Of a stretch of DNA of 64,000 nucleotides, positions 1-10,628 are shown piece after piece; position 1 is the first letter of the stretch, and every line of letters begins with the position of its first letter. The notes beneath the pieces were generated by a model that worked only from the letters and a program-made list of their open reading frames with translations, did no database searches and was not told the origin of the DNA. The DNA is from Rhodospirillales bacterium (lineage in GTDB: Bacteria > Pseudomonadota > Alphaproteobacteria > Rhodospirillales > Magnetospirillaceae), in NCBI GenBank assembly GCA_019455065.1, contig JACFNC010000008.1, positions 30,277 to 94,276 of the forward strand. The letters run 5' to 3'. A program made the translations under genes and the position numbers.

Positions 1-978
1 ACCGATCCGTCGGGCATCGGCACTGCGGTCGAGACCGGCCGTATCAGTGTCGGCGATGCGGCGATGATCGCCGAGGAGGACTTGGTCAAGGGCGTCGTCT
101 ACGCCCTCAACACCTTCCGGAACAGCGCCGAGTTGAACCTCAGGGACCTTGCCGACAGCATGACCATACTGGTCGACAAGACGGTAACGCAGATCGGCGC
201 CTTCAAGGTTCTGGTCAGCCGCAGCGACTTCACCGTGGCTCTGCAGCCGATCGTCGACGTCCGCACGGGTCGCGTGCACCATTTCGAAGCCTTGTGCCGG
301 TTCAACACGGGCGATACGGGGGACTCGCCCTACGCCCTGATCTCGTTCGCGGAAGAGACGGGGCTGATTCACCGCTTTGATCTCGCGATGGCCCGCAAGG
401 TGGTGGAATGGTTAGCCCTTCAACCCCGCAACAACCGGCGCTACCGGGTCGCCGTGAACGTGTCCGGCTACTCGATCGGGCAGCAGGAATACGTCGACGG
501 GCTGATGAAGCTGCTTGCGGAACACGAATGGACGCGTGGCCGGCTGCTGTTCGAAATAACCGAATCCAGCCGCATGAGCGATCTCGGCCAAGCGAACGAA
601 TTCATACAGAAGTTGCGGCAACTCGGCTACGAGGTGTGCCTTGACGACTTCGGTGCCGGCGCGGCCAGCTTTCAGTACCTGAGCGCCCTCGAGGTCGACG
701 CGGTGAAACTGGACGGCAGCGCCGTTCACAATGCGCAGGTCACCATCAAGGGACGCGCCTTCCTGTCCGCCCTGACCGAGTTGTGCCGGAGGCTCAACGT
801 GTACACCGTCGCCGAGATGGTCGATGCCGCGGAATCGCTGAACTTCGTGCGTGAATGCGGCTGCGATTTCGTCCAGGGCTATCTATTCGGCAAGCCCTCC
901 ACCAACCTCGAGGATTTCTATCCACTGCCGAACGGCAAGCTTTTCAAGGCCAAGAGGTCGCCCGTTCACCGCTGGTAG
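1..978 (+). CDS. EAL-domain c-di-GMP phosphodiesterase, 5'-truncated by the window edge
   Basis: The frame of ORF 64..978 stays open back to nt 1, so the gene starts upstream of the window. EAL motifs are present: FEALCRF, EITES, DDFGAG, QGYLFGKP. Confidence 0.85.
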   Translation, partial: TDPSGIGTAVETGRISVGDAAMIAEEDLVKGVVYALNTFRNSAELNLRDLADSMTILVDKTVTQIGAFKVLVSRSDFTVALQPIVDVRTGRVHHFEALCRFNTGDTGDSPYALISFAEETGLIHRFDLAMARKVVEWLALQPRNNRRYRVAVNVSGYSIGQQEYVDGLMKLLAEHEWTRGRLLFEITESSRMSDLGQANEFIQKLRQLGYEVCLDDFGAGAASFQYLSALEVDAVKLDGSAVHNAQVTIKGRAFLSALTELCRRLNVYTVAEMVDAAESLNFVRECGCDFVQGYLFGKPSTNLEDFYPLPNGKLFKAKRSPVHRW

Positions 979-1055
979 ACCGTGATAGCCGTCACTGACC
1001 AAATCGCCTTTCGCCGCTAAGAGCGAGGAAGATAAAGTGGGCGCGGAGGCAAGCC

Positions 1056-1244
1056 ATGGTTGAGACAAGGCGATCCGCAGGCACCATGCCATGTCCCTAC
1101 TGCGACACCATCGGCGAACACGACGTCGTCGAAACGGAGAACGGCGCGCGGCTTGCTTGGTGTCATGTCTGCCGCCGCGTCCATCCCATCGAGAGGCGCG
1201 ACGCAGATCGCGAAGAGGCGCCCTCGAAAAACCCCTTGGATTAG
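1056..1244 (+). CDS. Small four-Cys zinc-ribbon protein (62 aa) with an acidic tail
   Basis: GGAGG lies 6 nt upstream of ATG 1056. The pattern CPYC-x19-WCHVCRRV is present. It is a clear paralog of ORF 22248..22442. Confidence 0.55.
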   Translation: MVETRRSAGTMPCPYCDTIGEHDVVETENGARLAWCHVCRRVHPIERRDADREEAPSKNPLD

Positions 1245-3481
1245 GCGCCGCCCACGGTGGTCGGCGGTGCGGCAAGCGATCGCTCGAGATGGCGCGCGGC
1301 CTCGCTGAAGGCCGGCTCCAGTTGGCCGACAAGGAGGCCGACGGCGGCCGGGTTCTCATCGTGGCATGCCCTCTCCACGGCCGCCGCGGCCTGGGACAGC
1401 CTGCGAAACCCGAAGTTGCCCGCCGTGCTCTTGAGATCATGGGCGAGCGCCCGGATTTGATCCAAAGACGCGGACGGCGCGGTCGCCAGGGCCTCGACCT
1501 TGCGCGCCGCGTCGGCCAGGAATTCTCGCAAGAGAGCCTGCGTTTCCTCATCCCCCAGGGCGTCGGTCATGGCACGAAGCTGGCCGGCATCGACGGCGTC
1601 ATCGTCACTCGGCAGCCCCTCGCCACGGACGTTGCGAGCCAGCGCCGCAGACAGCGCCTCGGGACGAATCGGCTTGCTGACATAGTCGTTCATGCCTGCG
1701 GCCAGACAGCGCATCTCGTCGCCGGCCATGGCGTTGGCGGTCAGGGCGATGATCGGAAGCTCGGAAAGGCGGCCGCCGAGGTCCCGGATGGCCCGGGTGG
1801 CCGCCAAGCCGTCCATCTCCGGCATTTGCATGTCCATCAGCACCAAGTCGAAGGTACCGTCCCGCACCGCCTGAACCGCCTTGCGGCCATCCTCCACGAC
1901 GGTCACCTCATGGCCTTGGCGGCCCAACAGAGTGGTGACGACCTTCTGGTTGATGGCGTTGTCTTCCGCCAGCAGAATACGCAGCCGCGGAAGACGGGGA
2001 ATGGCGGTCGGCTGGAAGTGACGGGAGACGGTCGCGGCGAGTGGACCGGCGGTCTCGAAAGCCACCGTGAACCAGAAGGTGCTGCCGGCACCGGGCGCGC
2101 TGTCCACGCCGATCGTCCCGTCCATCAGCCCGATGATGCGCTTGCAGATGGCCAGCCCCAGCCCGGTTCCACCATAACGGCGCGCTATGGTGGCGTCGGC
2201 CTGCGTGAATTCCGTGAACAGCTGGGTACGCACCTCTTCCGTCATGCCGATCCCGGTGTCGGCGACCGAGAAACGCACGACCAGCGCCTGACCGTGGCGT
2301 TCGACCGGCACGGCGGCGATCACGATGCCGCCCCGCTCAGTGAATTTCACGGCGTTGCTGGCCAGGTTCAGCAACACCTGGCGCAGGCGCGTCGGGTCGC
2401 CGACCAGATGATGCGGAAGATCTTCATGTAGCCGGATCTCGAGGGAAAGCCCTTTTTCGGCGGCTCGGCCGGCGGTCAGCGCCTTCACGTCGGCGATCAC
2501 CCGCGACAGGTCGAACGGCACGCGCTCGAGTTCCACGCGGTCGGCTTCCAGTTTCGAAAAATCCAGCACATCGTTCAGGATGGAGAGCAGGCTTTCCGCC
2601 GAACTCCCGATCGTATCGACCCATTCGCGCTGATCCGGGTCGAGGCGGGATTCCCCGAGCAGGTGAACCATGCCGATGATCCCTGACATCGGCGTGCGAA
2701 TCTCGTGGCTCATCATCGCGAGAAAGGTGGACTTCGCACGCACGCCGGCTTCGGCCTCCTCGCGCGCCCGTCGCATCGCCTCCTCCTCGACCCGCAGCCG
2801 CTCGCTCACGTCGCGGACGATGCCGAGGAACAGGCGCCCCTCTTCAGACCTCCAGCTGGACACCGTGAGTTCGACCGGGAACTCGCTGCCATCCTTGCGC
2901 AGGCCGTGAAGCTGGGCGGCCTTGCCGTCCAACAGGCTGACCCCCGTCCGGACCGCGCGCGCCAGACCCTCGGCATGACGGGCGCGATAGCGATCCGGCA
3001 TGATCGTCAGCAAGGGCTGACCGACCATCTCCTGCGCCGTGTAGCCGAACATCCGCTCCGCCCCCGGGTTCCAGGTGAGCACGATACTGTGTTCATCGAT
3101 GGTGATGATCGCGTCGGCTGCCACGGCGGCCACCGACTGAAACCGTTTTTCGCCTTCGCGCAGGCGGATCGTGCTGCGCAGGGTGCTGACCAGCCCGATG
3201 AACAGGAGGGTGTTGCCGCCGATGTAGCCGACGACTCTCTCGATGAGATCCTTTGCGGGCGTCGGCCCGACGACCATAAAGCGGGCGAGAGCGGGAAAAT
3301 TGTCGGTGAGGTCGAGGGCGGCTCCGAAGGCCACCAACCCGAACCCGGCGACCACGAGGCGCCAGCCACGACCGTCGCCAAGGCGGTTGTGACGGCCGAC
3401 GAACCACGCAAATACGGTCACCCCGATGAGAAGCGCCGCCCGTGCGGATTCAAGAAGGACGTTCGGATGCGCATCCATCAC
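1241..3481 (-). CDS. Hybrid sensor histidine kinase / response regulator with C-terminal HPt domain
   Basis: N-terminal TM helices and a PAS domain ([13 protein letters not shown]). H-box SHEIRTPM. ATPase motifs DTGIGM and GGTGLGLAI. Receiver domain ([21 protein letters not shown]). HPt motif [11 protein letters not shown]. Confidence 0.9.
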   Translation of the reverse strand: MMDAHPNVLLESARAALLIGVTVFAWFVGRHNRLGDGRGWRLVVAGFGLVAFGAALDLTDNFPALARFMVVGPTPAKDLIERVVGYIGGNTLLFIGLVSTLRSTIRLREGEKRFQSVAAVAADAIITIDEHSIVLTWNPGAERMFGYTAQEMVGQPLLTIMPDRYRARHAEGLARAVRTGVSLLDGKAAQLHGLRKDGSEFPVELTVSSWRSEEGRLFLGIVRDVSERLRVEEEAMRRAREEAEAGVRAKSTFLAMMSHEIRTPMSGIIGMVHLLGESRLDPDQREWVDTIGSSAESLLSILNDVLDFSKLEADRVELERVPFDLSRVIADVKALTAGRAAEKGLSLEIRLHEDLPHHLVGDPTRLRQVLLNLASNAVKFTERGGIVIAAVPVERHGQALVVRFSVADTGIGMTEEVRTQLFTEFTQADATIARRYGGTGLGLAICKRIIGLMDGTIGVDSAPGAGSTFWFTVAFETAGPLAATVSRHFQPTAIPRLPRLRILLAEDNAINQKVVTTLLGRQGHEVTVVEDGRKAVQAVRDGTFDLVLMDMQMPEMDGLAATRAIRDLGGRLSELPIIALTANAMAGDEMRCLAAGMNDYVSKPIRPEALSAALARNVRGEGLPSDDDAVDAGQLRAMTDALGDEETQALLREFLADAARKVEALATAPSASLDQIRALAHDLKSTAGNFGFRRLSQAAAAVERACHDENPAAVGLLVGQLEPAFSEAARHLERSLAAPPTTVGGA

Positions 3482-3657
3482 GGTCGATCCCGGAACGCCC
3501 GTTGTCTTCCAACGAACATTCTATTAGCTTTCCGTCATTTGGCAAAGATTATGATTCCCCGATCAGGATTGCCGCCGCGGCGAACCTGGCGAAGCGGCTG
3601 TTGCCGGCCAACCATCGCAGGGTGTATGGCGGTCCTCGCAACGGCAAGGAACCCAGC

Positions 3658-4077
3658 GTGACCGTCCATCTGATCAAGCTCGCCGTCGGGATCGAGGACA
3701 TCGATCATTTGCGCCGTATTCAGGAACGCCGCCTGGCCGACCACGGAATGGTCTTCCATCTGACCCGGATGGTGCCGAAGCGGGCCGACGAACTGGCCGC
3801 CCGCGGATCGATCTACTGGGTGATCCGGGGAGTGGTGCAGTGCCGCCAGGCGGTCCTCGCCGTGCATGAGGAGGCCGACGGCGAGGGCCGGCGTCGCTGC
3901 CGCCTGGAACTCGACCCGCTTCTGGTGCCGGTGCGCCGCGAGCCGTGCAAGGCCTTCCAGGGCTGGCGCTACCTGGCGCCGGAGCAGGCACCGCCTGACG
4001 TCGCGGACGGCAGCGACGATCTCGCCGACATGCCGCCCGACATGTACGCGGCGCTCAAGGAGCTCGGCCTCATCTGA
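3658..4077 (+). CDS. DUF1489-family protein
   Basis: Conserved-looking core VHLIKLAVG ... IYWVIRG ... FQGWRYL. The best start is GTG 3658. The upstream part of ORF 3442.. looks non-coding. Confidence 0.65.
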   Translation: MTVHLIKLAVGIEDIDHLRRIQERRLADHGMVFHLTRMVPKRADELAARGSIYWVIRGVVQCRQAVLAVHEEADGEGRRRCRLELDPLLVPVRREPCKAFQGWRYLAPEQAPPDVADGSDDLADMPPDMYAALKELGLI

Positions 4078-4105
4078 CGGGGGCCCGGGGTCGCGCATCC
4101 TTCGC

Positions 4106-4133
4106 TTGCCCCGCCCCGCCGTTTCCCTATACT
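4106..4133 (+). promoter_or_regulatory. Putative sigma70-type promoter of argG
   Basis: TTGCCC, a 16-nt spacer, then TATACT, ending 26 nt upstream of the argG ATG. Confidence 0.3.
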
Positions 4134-4158
4134 GCGCCGCCAGTTTTCGCGAGCAGCG

Positions 4159-5382
<1,224 letters not shown>

Positions 5383-5464
5383 GGCGCGGGGTCTCCTCGG
5401 GCGGATTGACAGCGCCCGCCTGACCGCCCAAGTGGCAGGGCGTGGAACAGCAGGAGTCCGCGCC

Positions 5465-6007
5465 ATGCCCGACGCCATCGAGGGGGCCAAGATCGCCATT
5501 CTCGTCGCCAACGGCAGCGACGAGGTCGAAACCGCGGTCATGCTCAAGGTGCTCGAGGACGCGCGGGCCGCGCCCGTTCTCGTTTCGGTCAAGAAGCACG
5601 AGGCGCGCGGCTGGCGGAATACCGAGTGGGGCGGAACTTTCGCGGTGGACGTCGCCATACTGGATGCCGACGCGGAGGAATTCGGAGGCCTGCTGGTTCC
5701 CGGAGGAGTAATCGGCGCTGATACGCTTAGGGCGGACGCCTATGCCGTCGATTTCGTGCGCAATTTCCTGAACCAACGCAAGCCGGTCGGCACCATCGGC
5801 CACGCGCCCTGGCTGCTCGTCGAAGCCGGAGCGGTCAGGGGCCGGCGGCTAACCTCGATCCCCGCCATCCGCAACGACCTCATTCACGCCGGAGGCCAGT
5901 GGATCGACGCCCCGGCCGTGCGCGACGGCCGACTGGTCACCGGCCGCACCCATCACGATCTGCCGGAGGTGGTCGCCCGGTTCGTCGAGGCTGCGATACT
6001 CAACTGA
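5465..6007 (+). CDS. DJ-1/PfpI family protein (type 1 glutamine amidotransferase-like)
   Basis: KIAILVANGSDEVE start region and a GHAPWLL nucleophile-elbow-like region. ATG 5465 is preferred over the GTG at 5432. Confidence 0.8.
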   Translation: MPDAIEGAKIAILVANGSDEVETAVMLKVLEDARAAPVLVSVKKHEARGWRNTEWGGTFAVDVAILDADAEEFGGLLVPGGVIGADTLRADAYAVDFVRNFLNQRKPVGTIGHAPWLLVEAGAVRGRRLTSIPAIRNDLIHAGGQWIDAPAVRDGRLVTGRTHHDLPEVVARFVEAAILN

Positions 6008-6010
6008 TCG

Positions 6011-6592
6011 TCAGCTGCCGGGGCCGCCGCCGAACGCGGCCCGAACCTTGGGCCCGTTGGCCTGCAGCCACCTGGGGAACATTCCGCGCGTCGCCTCGTC
6101 GGCAAATCCCCTCTCGGCGACGAAGACGAACCCGGCGAGGTAGAAATAGGGGTTGAAGTAGCCGGGCATGCGGAACAGCTCCTTGCCGTCGGCGTCGAAG
6201 AAGATGGTGGTCGGGGTGAAGCTGACCTTGTGTTTGAAGGCCAGATCCTTCTCCGGCATCACCTCGCCGTCGAAATCCGTCACCGGCACCTCGCCGAACA
6301 TGTTCATCACCATCACGCTGAACCGCCGGCCGATATAGTCGGCCAGCTTGGGGTGCTGGAAATTCACCTCGTGCAGGCGCTGGCAGGATCCGCAGCCGGG
6401 CTGCTCCCAGATCACCACGAACCCCTTCTCCTGGGCCACCGCGTCCCGCGCGTCCTCCTTCAGCTCCATGAAGGACTGGTTGTTGAACCAGTCCTCGGTG
6501 TGCACGCCATCCTCGCGGTGGATGGTTGCCGCCGATGCGGGCCAGGCGATGGCCGCCACGAGCAGGAGCGAGGCAAGGCGCAGCGGGAACAT
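6011..6592 (-). CDS. Periplasmic thioredoxin-fold protein (SoxW-like)
   Basis: Signal peptide MFPLRLASLLLVAAIAWPASA and a CGSC redox motif in thioredoxin-like context. Confidence 0.7.
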   Translation of the reverse strand: MFPLRLASLLLVAAIAWPASAATIHREDGVHTEDWFNNQSFMELKEDARDAVAQEKGFVVIWEQPGCGSCQRLHEVNFQHPKLADYIGRRFSVMVMNMFGEVPVTDFDGEVMPEKDLAFKHKVSFTPTTIFFDADGKELFRMPGYFNPYFYLAGFVFVAERGFADEATRGMFPRWLQANGPKVRAAFGGGPGS

Positions 6593-6656
6593 AGGCCCTC
6601 CAGGTGCGACGTTTCCCGCAACGATAGCGAGATAGCGCTCCGTCGATCAAGGGTCG

Positions 6657-7346
6657 CTAGAAAACCAGCGGATCGATGCCGATGACGTAGGGGTGAAGGA
6701 GGATGAGAACGAGGTACAGCGCGACGCCGCCCGCCAGCCGCCCGATCCCCACCTCGGAAAGCCGCACCGTCGCCGGGCGGCTGGTGGGCGCCGCCAGCCG
6801 CGCCCATTCCGCGGCGCCCAAGGTGCGCCGACGCTTCCGCTCCATCAGCGCCGGCCCGGCGAGGGCCAGTATCAGCAAGGGGCCGAACAGGATCAGCGAG
6901 GCAACGTCACCGTTGGGCGGAATATGCCCGCCGGCCCACAAGGCCAAACCCCACAGCACCGGATGACGGGTCAGACGCAATATGCCGGGGCGCGCCGGGT
7001 CGTAACCGCGCCCCCCCGGTCCCAGCGAGAACGGGTTCGGCGTGGCAAAACCGGCCACGATCAGAATGCAGGAGGCCAGCATGGCAACCAGGGTGACCCA
7101 GCGCAATCCCGGCTGGTACGGCCAGACCTCGATGTAGGGGGCGTCGGCGTAGGCGAAGCCCAGCCACACCACCACCGCCAGCGACATGATCGAATAGGCG
7201 ATGACATAGCCCACCTCGCCCAGGCGGCGCGTGCCCGTGGCGCGCCAGTTGGGGCGGGCCGGAAGTCCGTGACTGAGCAGGAAGACGATCATGGCGGCCA
7301 CGAGGTGGCCGATGGTGCCGGTGAACATCGAAGCCGTCACACCCAT
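6657..7346 (-). CDS. NnrU family membrane protein
   Basis: Only the C-terminal 229 aa of ORF 6657..7814 is hydrophobic and protein-like ([17 protein letters not shown]). ATG 7346 overlaps the folD stop by 10 nt; ATG 7328 is an alternative. Confidence 0.7.
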   Translation of the reverse strand: MGVTASMFTGTIGHLVAAMIVFLLSHGLPARPNWRATGTRRLGEVGYVIAYSIMSLAVVVWLGFAYADAPYIEVWPYQPGLRWVTLVAMLASCILIVAGFATPNPFSLGPGGRGYDPARPGILRLTRHPVLWGLALWAGGHIPPNGDVASLILFGPLLILALAGPALMERKRRRTLGAAEWARLAAPTSRPATVRLSEVGIGRLAGGVALYLVLILLHPYVIGIDPLVF

Positions 7347-8236
7347 TCGTCGCAGGCCGGCGCCTTGAGGCGATGCTGGCGACAGGCGGCCAGCAGGGTG
7401 TTGCGAAGGAGCACGGCAATGGTCATCGGGCCGACGCCGCCGGGCACCGGCGTGATGGCGCCCGCCACCTTCACCGCCTCGTCGAAGCGCACGTCGCCGA
7501 CCAGCTTGCGGCCGCCGTCGGGCTTGGTGACGCGGTTCATGCCGACGTCGATCACCGTGGCGCCCGGCTTTATCCAATCGCCGCGCACCATCTCGGCGCG
7601 GCCCACGGCGGCGACCAGGATGTCGGCGCCGCGGCACTCGGCCGGCACGTCGCGGGTGCGCGAATGGGCGATGGTAACGGTGCAGTTCTCGCGCAACAAG
7701 AGCTGCGCCATCGGCTTGCCGACGATATTCGAGCGCCCAAGCACCACCGCCTTCAGGCCCTCGAGTTCGCCAAGCTGGTCGCGCAGCAGCATCATGCAGC
7801 CCAGCGGCGTGCACGGAATCATCCCCTTGCCGCCGGTGGCCAGCTTGCCGACGTTCCAGGGGTGAAAGCCGTCGACGTCCTTGTCGGGATGAATGGCTTC
7901 AATCACCTTGGTCGAGGAGATGTGCGGCGGCAGGGGAAGCTGGACCAGGATGCCATGCACAGCCGGATCATCGTTGAGACCCTCGATCAGGGTGAGCAGT
8001 TGCTGCTCGGTGATGTCGGACGGCAGGACGTGCTCGAACGATTCCATCCCGATCTCGACCGCGCGGCGGTTCTTGTTGCGGACGTAAACCTGGCTGGCCG
8101 GATCGTCGCCGACCAGGACCACGGCCAAGCCGGGCGTCACATGGTTGTAGTCGCGGATCTCGCGGACGTGCTCGGCGAGCGTGTCGCGCAGGCCGGCCGC
8201 GAAGGCATTGCCGTCAATGATCTTGGCTTCGCTCAT
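7337..8236 (-). CDS. folD: Bifunctional methylenetetrahydrofolate dehydrogenase / methenyl-THF cyclohydrolase
   Basis: Motifs [22 protein letters not shown] and [10 protein letters not shown]. Start taken at MSEAKIIDG (8236). Confidence 0.95.
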   Translation of the reverse strand: MSEAKIIDGNAFAAGLRDTLAEHVREIRDYNHVTPGLAVVLVGDDPASQVYVRNKNRRAVEIGMESFEHVLPSDITEQQLLTLIEGLNDDPAVHGILVQLPLPPHISSTKVIEAIHPDKDVDGFHPWNVGKLATGGKGMIPCTPLGCMMLLRDQLGELEGLKAVVLGRSNIVGKPMAQLLLRENCTVTIAHSRTRDVPAECRGADILVAAVGRAEMVRGDWIKPGATVIDVGMNRVTKPDGGRKLVGDVRFDEAVKVAGAITPVPGGVGPMTIAVLLRNTLLAACRQHRLKAPACDEWV

Positions 8237-8571
8237 GATGTTTTCATCCATTCGTCGAGTCGGCGGCGCAGGTCGTCCGGGTCGCCGCTGAGGTGAAGTA
8301 CTTTTCGCCGGTCCGTGGCGCCGGCGACGATGGTGATGGCGGACTTGGGCATTCTCCAGGCCTTTGCGAGCAGCTTCACCAGGGCGGCGTTGGCCTTGCC
8401 GTCCTCGGGCACGGCGGTCACCGCCGCCTTGAGAACCAGGGTGCCGTCCGCCTCGGCGACAATGCCGTCGATGCGCTCACGCGAGGCCTTGGGCGTGAGG
8501 CGAACCGGCACGCGCAGACCGTCGGCCACGGCGGTGAATGGGGATGTGCCGTCAGACGAGGCGGTAGACAA
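8233..8571 (-). CDS. DUF167 (YggU) family protein
   Basis: [14 protein letters not shown] ... VPEDGKAN ... Its 4-nt overlap with the folD start suggests one operon. Confidence 0.8.
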   Translation of the reverse strand: MSTASSDGTSPFTAVADGLRVPVRLTPKASRERIDGIVAEADGTLVLKAAVTAVPEDGKANAALVKLLAKAWRMPKSAITIVAGATDRRKVLHLSGDPDDLRRRLDEWMKTS

Positions 8572-8851
8572 GGTTTCGCAGGACGCCCTGGATGAAATAC
8601 AGAATGAGGATCAGGACCAGGGGCGACAGGTCGATCCCGCCCAGATTCGGCAGAACCCGCCGGATCGGGCGCAGGGCCGGCTCGGTGATGCGGTCGAGAA
8701 AATCGCCCACCGTCCAGACGAAGCGGTTGCGGGTGTTGACGACGTTGAAGGCGACCAGCCAGCTCAGCACGACCGAGATGATCAGCGCCCACACGTAAAG
8801 CTCGATGGCGATGGAGATCACCTGCAGGAGGGGTATGAGGATGACGTCCAT
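8552..8851 (-). CDS. YggT family membrane protein
   Basis: The hydrophobic 99-aa product starts at MDVILIPLL (ATG 8851). The upstream Arg-rich extension of ORF 8552..9034 was rejected. Confidence 0.8.
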   Translation of the reverse strand: MDVILIPLLQVISIAIELYVWALIISVVLSWLVAFNVVNTRNRFVWTVGDFLDRITEPALRPIRRVLPNLGGIDLSPLVLILILYFIQGVLRNLVYRLV

Positions 8852-8998
8852 CTCCCAAGGCCTCGTATCGGCTGTCGAATCCGGGTAACCTAGCGGCACC
8901 GAAGGCGGCGCGCAACCCCGCCTTGCGGGCCACCGGCCGCGCATTGAGGGCGGCGCGCGGCCCCCTCGCGACCGCCGGAGAACCGCCCGTGGCGGCGC

Positions 8999-9027
8999 TT
9001 GACAGAAGCGCGGCCGTTCCGCATTAT
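8999..9027 (+). promoter_or_regulatory. Putative promoter of tRNA-Ala
   Basis: TTGACA, a 17-nt spacer, then CATTAT, followed by a GC-rich discriminator about 14 nt before the tRNA 5' end. Confidence 0.4.
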
Positions 9028-9041
9028 CGCGCACCTCTTGG

Positions 9042-9117
9042 GGGGCCGTAGCTCAGTTGGGAGAGCGCCTCGTTCGCAATGAGGAGGTCAGGGGTTCGAT
9101 TCCCCTCGGCTCCACCA
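9042..9117 (+). tRNA. tRNA-Ala (anticodon CGC)
   Basis: 76-nt cloverleaf folded by hand. Acceptor GGGGCCG/CGGCTCC has the Ala-identity G3:U70 pair. Anticodon loop TTCGCAA, T-loop GGTTCGATTCC, encoded CCA. Confidence 0.93.
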
Positions 9118-9174
9118 TCCCCCAGTAGACAAGACCTTCGTTTCCCCATCCGTCGCTCGACTTATCGTATTCCT

Positions 9175-9190
9175 ATATTCCTGGAAATAT
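9175..9190. promoter_or_regulatory. Candidate ArsR operator 1 (imperfect palindrome ATATTCCTGGAAATAT)
   Basis: 6 of 8 palindromic pairs, 40 nt upstream of the arsR-like ATG. A near-identical copy lies at 9562..9577. Confidence 0.4.
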
Positions 9191-9229
9191 CGTTTGATAC
9201 TTAGGGGTCCGGACTCTAGGTTGGTGCCA

Positions 9230-9532
9230 ATGAAACTCGTGGATGCGGCACGCCGCCTGGAGGCCCTCGGCAACGGTACCAGGCTCGAGATATTCCGGTT
9301 GCTGGTCCGGGCCGGGGGCCCCGGGCTGTCGGTGGGCGATGTCCAGGACCGCACCGGCGTCGCCCGGTCCACGCTCTCGCACCATCTGCACCGTCTGATC
9401 GCGGTCGGGCTGGTCGCGCAGGAGCGTCACGGCACCACCCTGATCTGCCGGGCCGACTTCCAGGCCATGCGTGAGACGCTGGCCTTTCTGGTGAAGGAAT
9501 GCTGCGTCGAAGCGGCACGCGAGCCCTCCTAG
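9230..9532 (+). CDS. ArsR/SmtB family transcriptional regulator
   Basis: Winged-helix motif LGNGTRLEIFRLL ... STLSHHLHRL. ATG 9230 is preferred over TTG 9194. Confidence 0.85.
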   Translation: MKLVDAARRLEALGNGTRLEIFRLLVRAGGPGLSVGDVQDRTGVARSTLSHHLHRLIAVGLVAQERHGTTLICRADFQAMRETLAFLVKECCVEAAREPS

Positions 9533-9561
9533 CAAGGCCTTTTTTTTTCGCCTATTTGTCG

Positions 9562-9577
9562 ATATTCCTGGGAATAT
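9562..9577. promoter_or_regulatory. Candidate ArsR operator 2 (ATATTCCTGGGAATAT)
   Basis: 7 of 8 palindromic pairs, 12 nt upstream of the permease ATG. Preceded by a T9 run at 9540..9548. Confidence 0.45.
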
Positions 9578-9588
9578 AGAAGATTTAC

Positions 9589-10608
9589 ATGTCCTCTCTT
9601 GCAGCGACGTTCGTTCGCACCGCGCGAAGCCTCGACCGCGTCTGGCTCGCCATCCTGCTGACTTTTTCCGTGCTGGTCGCAGGCGTCCCCGAGCAGGCCG
9701 CGAGCAGCCTCGCATTCACGCTGGACAGCATGTTGACCATGCTCCCGTTCCTGCTCCTGTCCGTGGCAGCCGCCGCCTACGTCAAGGCATCGGGCGCCGA
9801 GAGCCTGGTAGCCCGGGCCTTCCAGGGGCGGATGCTGCCGATGATTGGCGCCGCCGCCGTGCTCGGCGCGCTGTCGCCCTTCTGTTCGTGCGGCGTGATC
9901 CCGCTGGTCGCCGCGCTGCTGGCGATGGGGGTGCCGCTGCCGCCGGTAATGGCCTTTTGGCTCGCCTCGCCGCTCATGGATCCGTCGATGTTCATGGTCA
10001 CCGCCGGCACGCTCGGCCTTCCATTCGCCGTCGCCAAGACGGCGGCCGCCGTCGGCGTCGGGCTGCTGGGCGGGCTCGGCACCGCGTTCCTGGTAAGAAG
10101 CGGGCGGCTGCGCCAAGCCCTTCGCCCGGAGGTACGGCAGGCGGCGGACGGCCGCACCCTGCCGTCCGGTCGCGTCGCCTGGCGGTTCTGGTCCGACGCC
10201 GCCCGGCGCGCCGCATTCGCGGAAGGCGCACTGCGCAACGCCAAGCTTCTCGCCAAGTGGCTGACCCTCGCCTTCCTTCTCGAAAGCCTGATGGTCGCCT
10301 ACGTGCCGGCCGAGATCGTGGCGCGCGCCGTCGGCGGCGAGGGCGTGGTTCCCATCGTTGTCGCGACCCTGGTCGGCATTCCCGCCTATCTCAACGGCTA
10401 CGCGGCCTTGCCCCTCGTCGCCGGGCTTGTCGGACAGGGCATGTCACCCGGCGCGGCAATGGCCTTCCTGGTCGGCGGCGGCGTCACCAGCATTCCCGCC
10501 GCCCTGGCCGTACAGGCGCTGGTCCGGTGGCCGGTGTTCCTCGCCTATCTCGGCTTCGCGCTGGGCGGCTCCGTAACCGTCGGGCTGACCTACGGCCTCA
10601 TCGCCTGA
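9589..10608 (+). CDS. Permease of the UPF0718/ArsP-like family
   Basis: Polytopic membrane protein with the family-typical SPFCSCGVIP motif. Sits directly downstream of the ArsR regulator. Confidence 0.75.
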   Translation: MSSLAATFVRTARSLDRVWLAILLTFSVLVAGVPEQAASSLAFTLDSMLTMLPFLLLSVAAAAYVKASGAESLVARAFQGRMLPMIGAAAVLGALSPFCSCGVIPLVAALLAMGVPLPPVMAFWLASPLMDPSMFMVTAGTLGLPFAVAKTAAAVGVGLLGGLGTAFLVRSGRLRQALRPEVRQAADGRTLPSGRVAWRFWSDAARRAAFAEGALRNAKLLAKWLTLAFLLESLMVAYVPAEIVARAVGGEGVVPIVVATLVGIPAYLNGYAALPLVAGLVGQGMSPGAAMAFLVGGGVTSIPAALAVQALVRWPVFLAYLGFALGGSVTVGLTYGLIA

Positions 10609-10628
10609 CCTCGGATTTCCGGAGCCGC

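Noticed and set aside
6657-7814. Long N-terminal extensions of several ORFs (NnrU 6657..7814, YggT 8552..9034, methyltransferase 24115..24921, hydrolase 36092..36937, NrfD-like 30111..31646, small ORF 35166..36095)
   Set aside because: The extensions overlap neighbouring genes, are Arg/Pro-rich, and precede internal starts that give family-typical N-termini, often with SD sequences or stop/start coupling.
9530-9548. Intrinsic terminator after arsR at the T9 run
   Set aside because: I could not find a convincing GC-rich stem immediately upstream of the T tract. It may instead be part of the permease promoter or an UP element, so I did not list it as a terminator.
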